A stretch of 64,000 nucleotides of DNA. It comes from an uncultured Pelagibacteraceae bacterium (GTDB taxonomy: Bacteria; Pseudomonadota; Alphaproteobacteria; Pelagibacterales; Pelagibacteraceae). The position numbers and the translations under genes were made by a program. Under the pieces are notes generated by a model, which ran no database searches, had not been told where the DNA came from, and saw nothing but the letters and a program-made list of their open reading frames with translations. Below are positions 1-10,415 of this stretch, piece by piece; position 1 is the stretch's first letter, and each line of letters begins with the position of its first letter. The stretch covers positions 41,056-105,055 of the forward strand of contig CACEIC010000001.1 of assembly GCA_902559605.1 (NCBI GenBank). Direction: 5' to 3'.

Positions 1-1128
1 AATTTTTAAATTTTTTACTCTTGAAATTCTATGTGGTTGGAAAATACAAACTATTTCCTCTTTATTATATACTTTACTGACACCATCTAACACTGATGAA
101 ATTTCAGTTGGATGATGAGCGTAGTCGTCGAAAAATGGCACTTTATTAATTTCAAATAAGAAATTAAATCTTCTCTGGACTCCATTAAAGTTTTTGAGAC
201 CTAATTTAATTATTTTATCTGATACACCAATTGAAAAAGCTACTGCCAATGCAGATGTTGCATTTTTTATATTATGCAAACCTAACAAAGGTATTGAAAT
301 ATTTTTTATAATTTTTGTTTTGCCTGGTATTTTTATTTTAATATTAAATTTTGAATAATCTTTATTCTGAATTATATTGAAAATATGAAAATTCGATTTC
401 TTATTTAAACCAAATGTATAGTAATTGTTATTTTTAATTTTTGGTAAAATATTTTTTACATTTTTGTCATCTAAACACAGAAAAGCCTTTCCGAAAGAAG
501 GTGTTTTATCAATAAATTCTATGAATTTATTTTTTAAATTTTTCATAGTTCTGTAATAATCCAAGTGTTCATTGTCAATGTTAGTTATTATTGAATAATT
601 AAAAGGTATTTGAAGAAAACTTCCATCTGATTCATCTGATTCAACTAAACTCCAGTCGCTTTTTCCTAATTTTGCCGAACTTCCTATTGAATTCAAAACA
701 CCTCCGTTGATTATTGTGGGATCTAATTTTGCGTAGTTCATAATGTTTGACAAAATTGATGTTGTAGTTGTTTTGCCGTGTGATCCTGTCACAACAATAT
801 TTTTCATTAAAGAAACTATATGACCTAACAATTCTCCTCTCTTATATATCGGTAAGTTTAACTTTTTAGCATGCCTTAATTCTGGATTTGATTTTTTTAT
901 AGCTGACGAAACTACTAATACGGTGCAATTTTTTATATTTTGCTTATTATGATTTAAATGAATTGGAATTTTTCTTTTTCTTAGTAAATTAAGATTTTTA
1001 TTATCCGATTTGTCACTTCCTTGTATTTTAAAGCCTAAACTATCCATTATTAATGCTAAACCACTCATACCAATGCCACCAATGCCAACAAAATGAATTA
1101 GTTCAGTTTTTCCGATATTAATTTTCAT
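1..1128 (-). CDS. murC: UDP-N-acetylmuramate--L-alanine ligase, 3'-truncated by the window edge
   Basis: Not in the ORF track. Read manually from ATG at 1128: MKINIGKTELIHFVGIGGIGMSG, later GSHGKTTT, ESDESDGSF and DDYAHHPTEI motifs; follows murG. Confidence 0.95.
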   Translation of the reverse strand, partial: MKINIGKTELIHFVGIGGIGMSGLALIMDSLGFKIQGSDKSDNKNLNLLRKRKIPIHLNHNKQNIKNCTVLVVSSAIKKSNPELRHAKKLNLPIYKRGELLGHIVSLMKNIVVTGSHGKTTTTSILSNIMNYAKLDPTIINGGVLNSIGSSAKLGKSDWSLVESDESDGSFLQIPFNYSIITNIDNEHLDYYRTMKNLKNKFIEFIDKTPSFGKAFLCLDDKNVKNILPKIKNNNYYTFGLNKKSNFHIFNIIQNKDYSKFNIKIKIPGKTKIIKNISIPLLGLHNIKNATSALAVAFSIGVSDKIIKLGLKNFNGVQRRFNFLFEINKVPFFDDYAHHPTEISSVLDGVSKVYNKEEIVCIFQPHRISRVKNLKI

Positions 1129-2194
1129 CTATAATTTCTATAATCTTATTATTTATATTATTCCAAGTATTTTTTTTAGTAATTTCCGCAAGATTTTTAA
1201 ATTTTTCGTTGTAATTTTGATAATCATTAAATATTTCAAATATCATTTCTGAAAATTTTTTAAATTCAAATTCCTTTTGATTTATTAACCAACAACAATT
1301 TTTTTTATAGTAAAATTCTGAATTATAAAATTGATGATTATCTCTTGCAGACGGGAGGGGTATTGAAATAAACGGTATATTTAAGAATGAAAGTTCGCTT
1401 AATGTACTTGCGCCACCTCTAGTAATTGCTAGATCTATACCATTGTAGAGTTCATGACTATCATTGGTAAATTCAATAAATTTGTAGTTTATATTTGATT
1501 TGTCATATTTATTTTTTATGGAAGATAAATTATTATTATTTGATATTTGTTGTATAACTTCGAAATTTCGTTTTTTTGAGATTTCGATAATTAATTCAGT
1601 AATATTTTCATCAAAAAACGATGCACCCTGACTGCCACCGATAATAAGAATTTTTTTTATTTCCTTTTTTAAATTAATTATATTTTTTTCTAAGTTATAT
1701 ATTTCTTTTTTTAAAATAGGTTTGACTATAACTTTTTTAGAATTGTATTTTATTGGGTAGTTTCTTAAATTTTCATCGTAACAAATTATTTTTGTTGAAA
1801 ATTTCAAAGCAAAACGGTTAGATCTACCTAAAACACTATTTGGCTCAAACAAGAAAACTTTTTTTTGTAATATAAATGCAGCTAAACAAAATGGAAATGT
1901 CATGTACCCACCAGTACTAATCACGATATTTGTCTTATTATTTTTTAAAAATCTAATAGATTGAAAAACGTTTAGTAAATATTTAAAAATATTTATTGGA
2001 AGTAAATAAGGTTTTAAAAATAAATTAGGTACATCTATTAATTCATATTTAAATTTTTCAGTATTTATATATTTACTTCCTCTCAAATCAGATACCATTT
2101 TTACAGAAAATTTGTTTTTCAAATGTTCAAACAAAGAGGTAGATGGTATTACGTGGCCACCAGAACCTCCTGTTACTATAAGTATATTTTTCAT
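1118..2194 (-). CDS. murG: Lipid II N-acetylglucosaminyltransferase MurG
   Basis: GGSGGHV, GGY, EPN, GGSQGA, RGGAST and HQxxN motifs; dcw context. Confidence 0.95.
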   Translation of the reverse strand: MKNILIVTGGSGGHVIPSTSLFEHLKNKFSVKMVSDLRGSKYINTEKFKYELIDVPNLFLKPYLLPINIFKYLLNVFQSIRFLKNNKTNIVISTGGYMTFPFCLAAFILQKKVFLFEPNSVLGRSNRFALKFSTKIICYDENLRNYPIKYNSKKVIVKPILKKEIYNLEKNIINLKKEIKKILIIGGSQGASFFDENITELIIEISKKRNFEVIQQISNNNNLSSIKNKYDKSNINYKFIEFTNDSHELYNGIDLAITRGGASTLSELSFLNIPFISIPLPSARDNHQFYNSEFYYKKNCCWLINQKEFEFKKFSEMIFEIFNDYQNYNEKFKNLAEITKKNTWNNINNKIIEIIDEN

Positions 2195-2195
2195 A

Positions 2196-3305
2196 CTAAT
2201 TTAATTTTCTCTTCGTCAAATTTAATATTATTCCAGTTAAGATTGATGTTCCAACTATTGAAGAACCACCATAACTAATAAATGGCATAGTCATGCCTGT
2301 AGTAGGAAGCATTCTTATATTTACACCAATATGAATGAAAGTTTGTAATAGTATTATTGAAATACTTCCAACTAATATAAGTTTAAAACTATTATTTTTT
2401 GTAAAATTTATTTTTTTTAAAACTCTATAAGATAAGACTAAATAAAGTAATATTATACCAAATAAAATAATTACTCCAAATTCTTCTGCAATTACAGAAA
2501 TTATATAATCTGTATGTGCTTCTGGTATTCTTGAATTTAAAGTTCCCTCACCTATTCCTTTTCCAAAAAAACTTCCGCTGGATATTGCATCGCTTGCTTT
2601 ATCAGCCTGGTAATTATTGCCGCCAGAATTGTCTAAAAATGACATTAATCTTGTTCTTATGTATTCAAATTTTGGAACCAAAAAGACTAAAAATAGTGTT
2701 AATGAACTCACAGCTAATAATGAGATTGCAAAAAGTAATAAATTTATTCCTGAGACAAAAATAATTGCAAGCCAAACAGAGATTATTAATAATGTTTGTC
2801 CTAAGTCTGGTTGAGATAAGAGTAAAATTATAATTGGCACTAAAATGACTGAACTCAAGAGATATTTTATATAAAGGTTTTTTTTTTCTAATGAGATTAT
2901 TAGTGAAATAACAATAACAAAAAAAGGTTTTAAGGTTTCAATGGGTTGAAACCTAGGTAATGAGCCAATATCTAACCATCTCTTTGACCCTTTGACCTCT
3001 ACTCCTATTAAGGGAACTAAGAATAAACTTATAAATGTGATAACAAATAATACGACTGATAACCTAATTAAAACTTTTTGATCTAGAAGAGATAAAAATA
3101 AAATTAAAAATATTCCTATTAAAACAAAAATTAAATGTTTTAAAAAAAAATAGTAAGAATTTGTGTTTAATTTATCTGATGCAATTATTGAAGTTGAAAC
3201 TAAAGAAAAGAACAATCCTAGTGAAAATAATAGACTTATTATCAAAAAAATTGTTTTATCGATGTTTTTCCACCAATCATAAAATGTATCAAAATATTTA
3301 TTCAT
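2196..3305 (-). CDS. ftsW: SEDS peptidoglycan polymerase FtsW
   Basis: Polytopic membrane protein with GSKRW, QPDLG, PEAHTD, EEFG and PFISYGGSS motifs. Confidence 0.95.
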   Translation of the reverse strand: MNKYFDTFYDWWKNIDKTIFLIISLLFSLGLFFSLVSTSIIASDKLNTNSYYFFLKHLIFVLIGIFLILFLSLLDQKVLIRLSVVLFVITFISLFLVPLIGVEVKGSKRWLDIGSLPRFQPIETLKPFFVIVISLIISLEKKNLYIKYLLSSVILVPIIILLLSQPDLGQTLLIISVWLAIIFVSGINLLLFAISLLAVSSLTLFLVFLVPKFEYIRTRLMSFLDNSGGNNYQADKASDAISSGSFFGKGIGEGTLNSRIPEAHTDYIISVIAEEFGVIILFGIILLYLVLSYRVLKKINFTKNNSFKLILVGSISIILLQTFIHIGVNIRMLPTTGMTMPFISYGGSSIVGTSILTGIILNLTKRKLN

Positions 3306-4591
3306 TCAATTGGTAAATATCTTTTAATTAGCATATTGAATTGTCTACCTCTTTCTTCAAAATTTTTGTATTGATCAAATGATGCAGCCGATGGGCTAAA
3401 TAAAACTGTAACTTTTGTTCTTATATCCTTAAGGTTTGGAATTAATTTAAGAGTATTTCTCAGATCTTTTGATAGATTAACTTTAATTTTATTTTTAAAT
3501 AGTTTGAGAAAGATTTGTCTATCTTTTCCGTAAATATATGCTTCTAAATTTTTAAAATACTTTTTATTTAAATTAAATTTATCACCCTTTTTAAATAATC
3601 CTCCCAAGATCCATAAAATTTTTTCATTAGATTCTAAAAATGGAACAGTAGAAGATAATGTTGTTGACTTAGAGTCGTTTATTATTTTTAAATATTTTGA
3701 TTGATGGATCACTTCCTGTCTAAATTTCAAAGGTTTAAATTTATTGATAGTTTTTATTACAGTTTTTAAATTAAGTTTCATATGTTTCGATAGCTCAAAT
3801 AAAAAATTTAAATTTTGAAAATTTGTTGAATTTTTAAAATTGTCATTACTTAATTTATTTTTTAAATATGCATACTTATTTTTACTTACATATATTATTT
3901 TAGATTTTATATTTTTAGTTCTTAATAAGTCTTTCAATAAATTAGTGTTTGTTATTATTGCTACATCATTTTCGTTTTGTCTTATTACACATTTTAATTT
4001 TGATAATACATAATTTTTCATTGTATTATGCCTTTCTAAATGATCTGGGGAAATATTAATGATTATAGAAAATTTTGATTTGAAATATTTACTATAAGCC
4101 AGCTGATAAGAAGAAGCCTCAATAACAAAGATAGTATTTTTGGTAACTCTTTTTTCCTCTAAAATAGGATTTCCAATATTTCCAGTTAGCCTAGTATCAT
4201 AATGGTGTTTCTTTAAAATATCATAAAGCAACTTACTTGTAGTTGACTTTCCGTTTGTACCAGTAATCGTAATTGTTAAAACTTCAGGGTTAAATTTATA
4301 AAAAATATCAAAATCCGTAATAACTTTTTTTTGGTTCTTTTTTAAATAATTTGATAACTGGCATCTATTTATATTAATACCGGGACTTATAACTATATAA
4401 TCAAAATTATTAGTTAATAATTTTGATTTAGAAATAAAAAATTTTTTATATTTATTTTTAATTTTTTTCTTATCATCATCAAAAATAAAACACCTATTTT
4501 TCTTTTTTAAATATTTTAATGATGAAATTCCAGATTTTCCAAAACCATAAATTAAAAAATTTTTACTTAACGTTTCATTTTTTAATTTCAT
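3302..4591 (-). CDS. murD: UDP-N-acetylmuramoyl-L-alanine--D-glutamate ligase
   Basis: SPGI, TGTNGKSTT, EASSYQL, DHLERH, NDSKST and SPSAASFDQY motifs. Confidence 0.96.
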   Translation of the reverse strand: MKLKNETLSKNFLIYGFGKSGISSLKYLKKKNRCFIFDDDKKKIKNKYKKFFISKSKLLTNNFDYIVISPGININRCQLSNYLKKNQKKVITDFDIFYKFNPEVLTITITGTNGKSTTSKLLYDILKKHHYDTRLTGNIGNPILEEKRVTKNTIFVIEASSYQLAYSKYFKSKFSIIINISPDHLERHNTMKNYVLSKLKCVIRQNENDVAIITNTNLLKDLLRTKNIKSKIIYVSKNKYAYLKNKLSNDNFKNSTNFQNLNFLFELSKHMKLNLKTVIKTINKFKPLKFRQEVIHQSKYLKIINDSKSTTLSSTVPFLESNEKILWILGGLFKKGDKFNLNKKYFKNLEAYIYGKDRQIFLKLFKNKIKVNLSKDLRNTLKLIPNLKDIRTKVTVLFSPSAASFDQYKNFEERGRQFNMLIKRYLPIE

Positions 4592-5676
4592 TATCTAAGT
4601 TTCAAAGTTGCTAATCCAATCATCGCTAGAATAATAGAAATTATCCAAAATCTAATTACAACCGTTGACTCTGGCCATCCTTTTTTTTCAAAATGATGGT
4701 GTATTGGAGCCATTTTAAATATTCTTTTACCTGTTAATTTATAGGAAATAACTTGAACTATTACAGAAACAGCTTCTAAAACAAACAATCCGCCTGTTAT
4801 TGCTAACACAATTTCGTGCTTAGTTATTATACCAACCGCTCCCAGCGAACCGCCTAATGATAAAGATCCAGTGTCTCCCATAAAAATTTTTGCCGGTGGT
4901 GCATTAAACCATAAAAAACCTAAACAAGCCCCGATTATTGATCCACAAAAAATCGAAGCTTCTCCTACACCCTCTATATATGCGATCTGAAGATAATCAG
5001 AAAAAATTATGTTACCAGAGACGTAACTAATAAATGCAAAACAAGCGGCAACTAACATAACAGGAACTGTTGCTAGTCCGTCTAAACCATCTGTTAAATT
5101 AACTGCATTTGAAGCTCCAACTAATATGAACATATAAAAAGGTATAAAAAACCAGCCAAGATTGATTACTAAGTTTTTGAAAAAAGGAAAATATAGATTG
5201 TTTATTTGATCAGAATTACTTGTGATATAAAGTATAAATATACCAATCAAAGCTAAAATAATTTGTAGAGAGAACTTTAGTTTAGAAGAAATTCCATTCG
5301 AACTTTTTAACTTTATTTTTTTATAATCATCATAAGCTCCCAATAATCCAAAAGAAGCTGCAATAAATATTAAAAACCAATTGTATGGATTTGATAAGTC
5401 ACCCCATAGCAATACTCCTGAAAAAACACCTAGTAATATTATTAGTCCTCCCATTGTAGGTGTTCCAATTTTTCTAATTATGTGATCGCTAGGTCCATCT
5501 TCTCTGATTGGATTATGAATCTGTTTTGAAGAAAAAAAATTAATTAATGGGTTTCCAACTAAAAAAACAACAAACATAGCTGTAAACATAGAAAGACCAG
5601 TTCTTACTGTTAAATATTTAAAAACATTCAAAAAACTAAATTGATCAACTAGAATTGAAAAAAGTTCAAACAACAT
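4591..5676 (-). CDS. mraY: Phospho-N-acetylmuramoyl-pentapeptide transferase
   Basis: GTPTMGG, NAVNLTDGLDGL, FMGDTGS and MAPIHHHFE motifs. Confidence 0.97.
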   Translation of the reverse strand: MLFELFSILVDQFSFLNVFKYLTVRTGLSMFTAMFVVFLVGNPLINFFSSKQIHNPIREDGPSDHIIRKIGTPTMGGLIILLGVFSGVLLWGDLSNPYNWFLIFIAASFGLLGAYDDYKKIKLKSSNGISSKLKFSLQIILALIGIFILYITSNSDQINNLYFPFFKNLVINLGWFFIPFYMFILVGASNAVNLTDGLDGLATVPVMLVAACFAFISYVSGNIIFSDYLQIAYIEGVGEASIFCGSIIGACLGFLWFNAPPAKIFMGDTGSLSLGGSLGAVGIITKHEIVLAITGGLFVLEAVSVIVQVISYKLTGKRIFKMAPIHHHFEKKGWPESTVVIRFWIISIILAMIGLATLKLR

Positions 5677-8504
5677 TATGATTTTGATCCAATTTGTTTG
5701 GTTATTTGATTAAGTCCTGTAGAATTTGAGCCCTTTATCATTAAAAAATCACCGTTATTTAAATCATTTTTTATTATATTAAGAATTTCACTAGTTGATT
5801 TAAGTATTTTTCCTCTTTTTTGTGTTCTAATTTTGTTAAATGTTTCTGTGATATAATTCCCATAAACAAACAACTTTTTGAACTTTGCCTTATTGATATC
5901 TTTTGCTGCTTTAATATGAAGTTTTTTTGAAAATTTTCCTAATTCTAACATGTCACCTAGTAGCATAAATTTTTTATTTGGATTTACTTTTAAATTATCA
6001 AATTTCTTAATCGAAAAACTCAGAGATAATGGATTTGAGTTATAACTTTCATCTATTATGTTAACTTTTTTAGAGCCTACAGTGAATTTTTTTATATTTC
6101 CTCTACCACTTGGTATTTTATAATTAGAAAAAAAGTTACTTTTTATTTCACCAGTGATATCTAAACTTTTGCAAACTGCTACGGAAGCCAAAATATTATC
6201 TAAATAAGGTAATAAATTGTTATTAATTTTAAAATTATAAATTTTAGAAGATATATTGATATAAATAATAGAAGAATTCTTAGATTTTTTTAATTTATAT
6301 AATCTAATATTAGAATTTTTATGTTTACCGAAAGAAATGATATTTAAATTATTTTTATTTGCTAAACTTGAAAAAAAATCAAAAAATTTATCATCTTTAT
6401 TCAATACAATTGTTCCATTTTTTCTTATATTAAAAATAATCTCTGATTTGGCTTTAGCTATATCCAATAAAGATTTAAAATTTTTGGCGTGCGCATAACT
6501 AATATTTGTAATAACTCCAATGTCTGGTTTAATTATTTTTGATAAATAGTCTATTTCTCCCTTTTTATCCATTCCAATTTCAAATATTCCATAAGTCGTA
6601 TCCTTATTTAAATTTATTAATGAAATTGGTAAACCGAATTTATTATTGAATGAATTTTTTGAAAATGTTGTAGAATAATTTTTTTGAAGACATTGTCCTA
6701 ACAATTCTTTCAGCGAAGTTTTGCCTGAAGATCCTGTAATTGCAACTTGAGATGCATTAGAGGAAATTCTTATTTTTTGTGAAAATTTAATTAATAATTC
6801 TAGAGTACTTTTAACATTAATCTTTTTTTTACTATCATTTTTATTATTTTGAAGTATTGCTAATTTTGCTCCATTTTTTAGAGCTTCGTCTGCAAAATCA
6901 TTTCCGTTCAGAGACTTCCCTTTAATTCCAAGAAAAATTTTACCTTTATTCTTTTCTTTCGAATTAGTGCTAATTTTTAAATTTTTTATTCTATCTAATT
7001 TTTTGTTATTTATAATTTCTTTAAGTATATTTAATTTCCAATCATTCAATAAAAATCTATTTTTTAAAATTATTGATTTTCTTATATTGTCTTTGTCAGA
7101 AAATTTATTTTTCCTAGTATATTCTTGGGTGTTTTCATGCCCTTTTCCTGCAATAATTAAAACCTCATCAGACTTACTATTTAGAATTGCTTTTTTTATT
7201 GCTAATTTTCTTGATGGTATTTCAATCATTTTAGATTGTAAAATTGATTTCTTAATACTTGCTCTGATATTTTTTGGATTTTCATTTCTAGGATTGTCGT
7301 CTGTAAGATAAATATAATTACATAGTTTGTTTGCAATTTTACCCATTATTGGTCTTTTTTCTTTATCTCTTTCACCGCCACATCCAAATACAATATTAAT
7401 TTTTCTAAATCCAAATTGTTCCTTAATATTTTCAATACTAGTTTTAAGAGCCTCTGGAGTATGAGCATAATCTAAAATAAAAATTGAATTATCTTTGGTT
7501 GATCCGATGATCTCGAGCCTTCCTTTTACGGGTTTAATATACTTAAGTTTTTTAACAATATCATCAATTTTTAGATTACTTTTAATTGCTGCTGCAACAG
7601 CCATCATCAAATTCTTAATTTGTATTTTTCCAATTAGTCTTGTTTTAAATTGGTATTCCTTATTATGAAAAGTAAACTTTATATGTTGGTAGTTATTTAA
7701 AATTTTAATTTCATTAATTTTTAAATGGCTGTCTGATGTACCAATATTTAATAAATTTAATTTTTTTCTCTTAGCTATTTTTTTAAAGATTTGTGAATAT
7801 TTTAAATCATTATCAAATATCAAATTTCCATTTTTATTTGTCAACTCATTAAATAAAATTAATTTAGAATTAAAATAATTTTTATAATTTTTGTGATAAT
7901 CTAAATGATCTCTGCTTAAATTAGTGAATATAGATGTGCTAAATTTAATACCATGTAATCTTTTTTGATGAAGGCCATGACTTGACGCTTCTAAAATTAC
8001 ATTTTCAATTTTTTTTTTCTTTAAATTTGCAAGTAATTTATTAATTGTAATAGCATCAACAGTTGTATTATTAAGTTTTAAGCTAAAACCATTCGATTTG
8101 ACGCCTAAAGTTCCAATTGAGGCTACTCTTTTTTTATTAAGTTTTAATATTTGGTAATAAAAATTGACTATTGAGGATTTACCATTTGTGCCAGTTACAG
8201 CAATAATATTATTTGGTTTTTTATTATAATATTTATTTGCAAAATTTGATAAGGCTAATCTAGGATCGCTTACTTTTATATATAATACACCTTTATTGAT
8301 TCCAGTTTTAAATTTATTTGATACAACTATTCGAGCTCCTCTTTTAATGGCATCATTTATGAAATTATTTCCATTAAATTTACTACCCTGTATCGCAAAA
8401 AATATATAATTTTTTTTTATTTTTTTTGAATTAAATTCAAATCCATTAAAACTTTTATTATTAAAATCTTTTTTAAGATTTTTAAAAAAGCTTTTTAATA
8501 TCAT
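5676..8504 (-). CDS. murE-murF: Bifunctional MurE-MurF fusion ligase
   Basis: N-half is MurE-like (TGTNGKSS, EASSHGL, DYAHTP, DNPR, AGKGHE). C-half is MurF-like (TGSSGKTS, SFNNKFGLP, DESYNSNP, GDMLELG). One open frame of 942 aa. Confidence 0.95.
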   Translation of the reverse strand: MILKSFFKNLKKDFNNKSFNGFEFNSKKIKKNYIFFAIQGSKFNGNNFINDAIKRGARIVVSNKFKTGINKGVLYIKVSDPRLALSNFANKYYNKKPNNIIAVTGTNGKSSIVNFYYQILKLNKKRVASIGTLGVKSNGFSLKLNNTTVDAITINKLLANLKKKKIENVILEASSHGLHQKRLHGIKFSTSIFTNLSRDHLDYHKNYKNYFNSKLILFNELTNKNGNLIFDNDLKYSQIFKKIAKRKKLNLLNIGTSDSHLKINEIKILNNYQHIKFTFHNKEYQFKTRLIGKIQIKNLMMAVAAAIKSNLKIDDIVKKLKYIKPVKGRLEIIGSTKDNSIFILDYAHTPEALKTSIENIKEQFGFRKINIVFGCGGERDKEKRPIMGKIANKLCNYIYLTDDNPRNENPKNIRASIKKSILQSKMIEIPSRKLAIKKAILNSKSDEVLIIAGKGHENTQEYTRKNKFSDKDNIRKSIILKNRFLLNDWKLNILKEIINNKKLDRIKNLKISTNSKEKNKGKIFLGIKGKSLNGNDFADEALKNGAKLAILQNNKNDSKKKINVKSTLELLIKFSQKIRISSNASQVAITGSSGKTSLKELLGQCLQKNYSTTFSKNSFNNKFGLPISLINLNKDTTYGIFEIGMDKKGEIDYLSKIIKPDIGVITNISYAHAKNFKSLLDIAKAKSEIIFNIRKNGTIVLNKDDKFFDFFSSLANKNNLNIISFGKHKNSNIRLYKLKKSKNSSIIYINISSKIYNFKINNNLLPYLDNILASVAVCKSLDITGEIKSNFFSNYKIPSGRGNIKKFTVGSKKVNIIDESYNSNPLSLSFSIKKFDNLKVNPNKKFMLLGDMLELGKFSKKLHIKAAKDINKAKFKKLFVYGNYITETFNKIRTQKRGKILKSTSEILNIIKNDLNNGDFLMIKGSNSTGLNQITKQIGSKS

Positions 8505-8515
8505 TATGAAATTTC

Positions 8516-10147
8516 TTAATATTTTATGGCTAAAATAGGCCCAATTTTTTCAATTATATTTTTAGCAACCTCAACCGAAGTCCAGCCAGCAGTATTAAAA
8601 GGTGTACCTATTATCTTCCTTTTTTTACCATCATTATATTCGTAAATATAAGTTTCACTCAATTTTGGTTCATCTAACAAAACAATTAAAACATATTTTG
8701 GAGAAGATATTGGAAAAATTGAAGCAAAAGTATTTATTTTTTTTTTTGAATATTTACCTTTTATAGATTTTTGAGCTGTTCCAGTTTTTCCAGCAATTTC
8801 ATAACCAACAATATTTGCTAAATTAGCTGTACCCTGTTCGGATGTTACAATTTTTCTCAATATTTCGTTAATTTTACTGGAATTTTCTTGTGTTATTATT
8901 TGCTCACCTCTTTTAAAATTTTTACTTTTTTTAAATAAAGTTGGTTCTATTTTATATCCACCATTTGCAATTATTGCATAGGCTTTTGCAAGTTGAAGTG
9001 GTGTAGTTGTTATACCATGACCATATGCTGATGTTGCTAATTTACATTTTCCCCATTTAAATGGAATTGGATTTCCAACTTCCTCTATATCAAATTGTAT
9101 CTTATTTAATAAATCTAAATTTTCTAGAAAATCTTTAAAATTTTCTAACCCAACTTTCTGAGCAATTTTGATTGAACCAATATTTCCAGATCTAATTAAT
9201 ATTTCTTCAGCTGTAAGACTAGATGGAATATCCATATCATATTCAGAGATTGACCTTCCTGCACATTTTATTTTTTTTGGTAAATTTTTAAAAAGGGTAT
9301 CTTCTTGGATAACATTTTGTTGAAGTCCAGCAGCGAATGTAAATGTTTTAAAAACTGATCCAAGTTCATATACACCTTTTGTGGATCTGTTTATAAATTT
9401 TTTATCAGAAATGTCTTCTCTTTTATTTAAATCAAAATCTGGTAGGGAAACCATTGAAAGAATCTCACCATTGTTAACATTCATTAAAATAGCTGTACTT
9501 CCATAACTATTAAAAATTTCTTGAAATTTTACTAATTCCTCTCTTATCAAATATTGTATTTCGGTATCTAAAGAAAGCTTTAATGGCTTGTTTGAAGTTG
9601 TTAATTCATAGTCGAAAGATTTTTCTATACCAGACACACCATTGTTATCTGTATCAATCTGTCCCAATATATGACTGAAAAGATTACCATTAGGATAAAC
9701 TCGAGCAATATTTTCTTCCTCTTTAAACGATTTTTCTCCCAGTAATTTTATTTTTTCAAGTTTTGCTGGAGATATTTTCTTTTTGACATAAAAAAACTTA
9801 TTTCCACTGATTTGCTTATCAAAATTCTTGTCAGGAAATATTAATTTTAAAGAAATTAATAACTTTTCTTTGTTAATTAGTTGATTTGGATTTATACCCA
9901 AATTGGTCACACGCACAGTTTTAGCAATAATGTTTCCGTTTCTATCCATGATGGATGCTCTATATTTCTCTTTTTCTTTTACAGTTTGAGTTTGGTTTGT
10001 TTTCTTAAATCCTAAATAGATAGTTTTAGACGTAAAAATTATTGTAATTATAAAAAATACGAAGAAAATAAATGATATACGTTCAAAAGATATTTTTAAA
10101 CTTGATCTATTTGCCTCAAATTTAAAATTTTCGTCAATATTATTCAT
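8516..10147 (-). CDS. ftsI: Class B penicillin-binding protein FtsI/PBP3
   Basis: N-terminal TM helix, RxxIxDRNG, and the SVFK / SGN / KTGT catalytic motifs. Confidence 0.93.
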   Translation of the reverse strand: MNNIDENFKFEANRSSLKISFERISFIFFVFFIITIIFTSKTIYLGFKKTNQTQTVKEKEKYRASIMDRNGNIIAKTVRVTNLGINPNQLINKEKLLISLKLIFPDKNFDKQISGNKFFYVKKKISPAKLEKIKLLGEKSFKEEENIARVYPNGNLFSHILGQIDTDNNGVSGIEKSFDYELTTSNKPLKLSLDTEIQYLIREELVKFQEIFNSYGSTAILMNVNNGEILSMVSLPDFDLNKREDISDKKFINRSTKGVYELGSVFKTFTFAAGLQQNVIQEDTLFKNLPKKIKCAGRSISEYDMDIPSSLTAEEILIRSGNIGSIKIAQKVGLENFKDFLENLDLLNKIQFDIEEVGNPIPFKWGKCKLATSAYGHGITTTPLQLAKAYAIIANGGYKIEPTLFKKSKNFKRGEQIITQENSSKINEILRKIVTSEQGTANLANIVGYEIAGKTGTAQKSIKGKYSKKKINTFASIFPISSPKYVLIVLLDEPKLSETYIYEYNDGKKRKIIGTPFNTAGWTSVEVAKNIIEKIGPILAIKY

Positions 10148-10415
10148 TATTAAATTTAAAAATTTTTAAATCTGTAATTTTTTTTTTTTTTAATTCTTTA
10201 TCAAAATATATTTTAGAATATTCCATTAACTTTTTTGGTGATGTAAGAAAGTTGTAATCAAATAAAACTAACTCATAAATATCATTGAGAGCTCTGATAT
10301 CTTCTTGAATTTCAAATATTTGTTTATCAAGTTTTTTTGTCGAATTTTTTGTAAAAGCAGTTGAAATTATAAGAATAATAATTGGGATTAATAAAAGAAT
10401 TTTTTTATGCATCAA
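10140..10415 (-). CDS. ftsL: FtsL-like cell division protein
   Basis: Single TM helix plus coiled coil ending LTSPKKL; sits between rsmH and ftsI. Confidence 0.65.
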   Translation of the reverse strand: MMHKKILLLIPIIILIISTAFTKNSTKKLDKQIFEIQEDIRALNDIYELVLFDYNFLTSPKKLMEYSKIYFDKELKKKKITDLKIFKFNNE

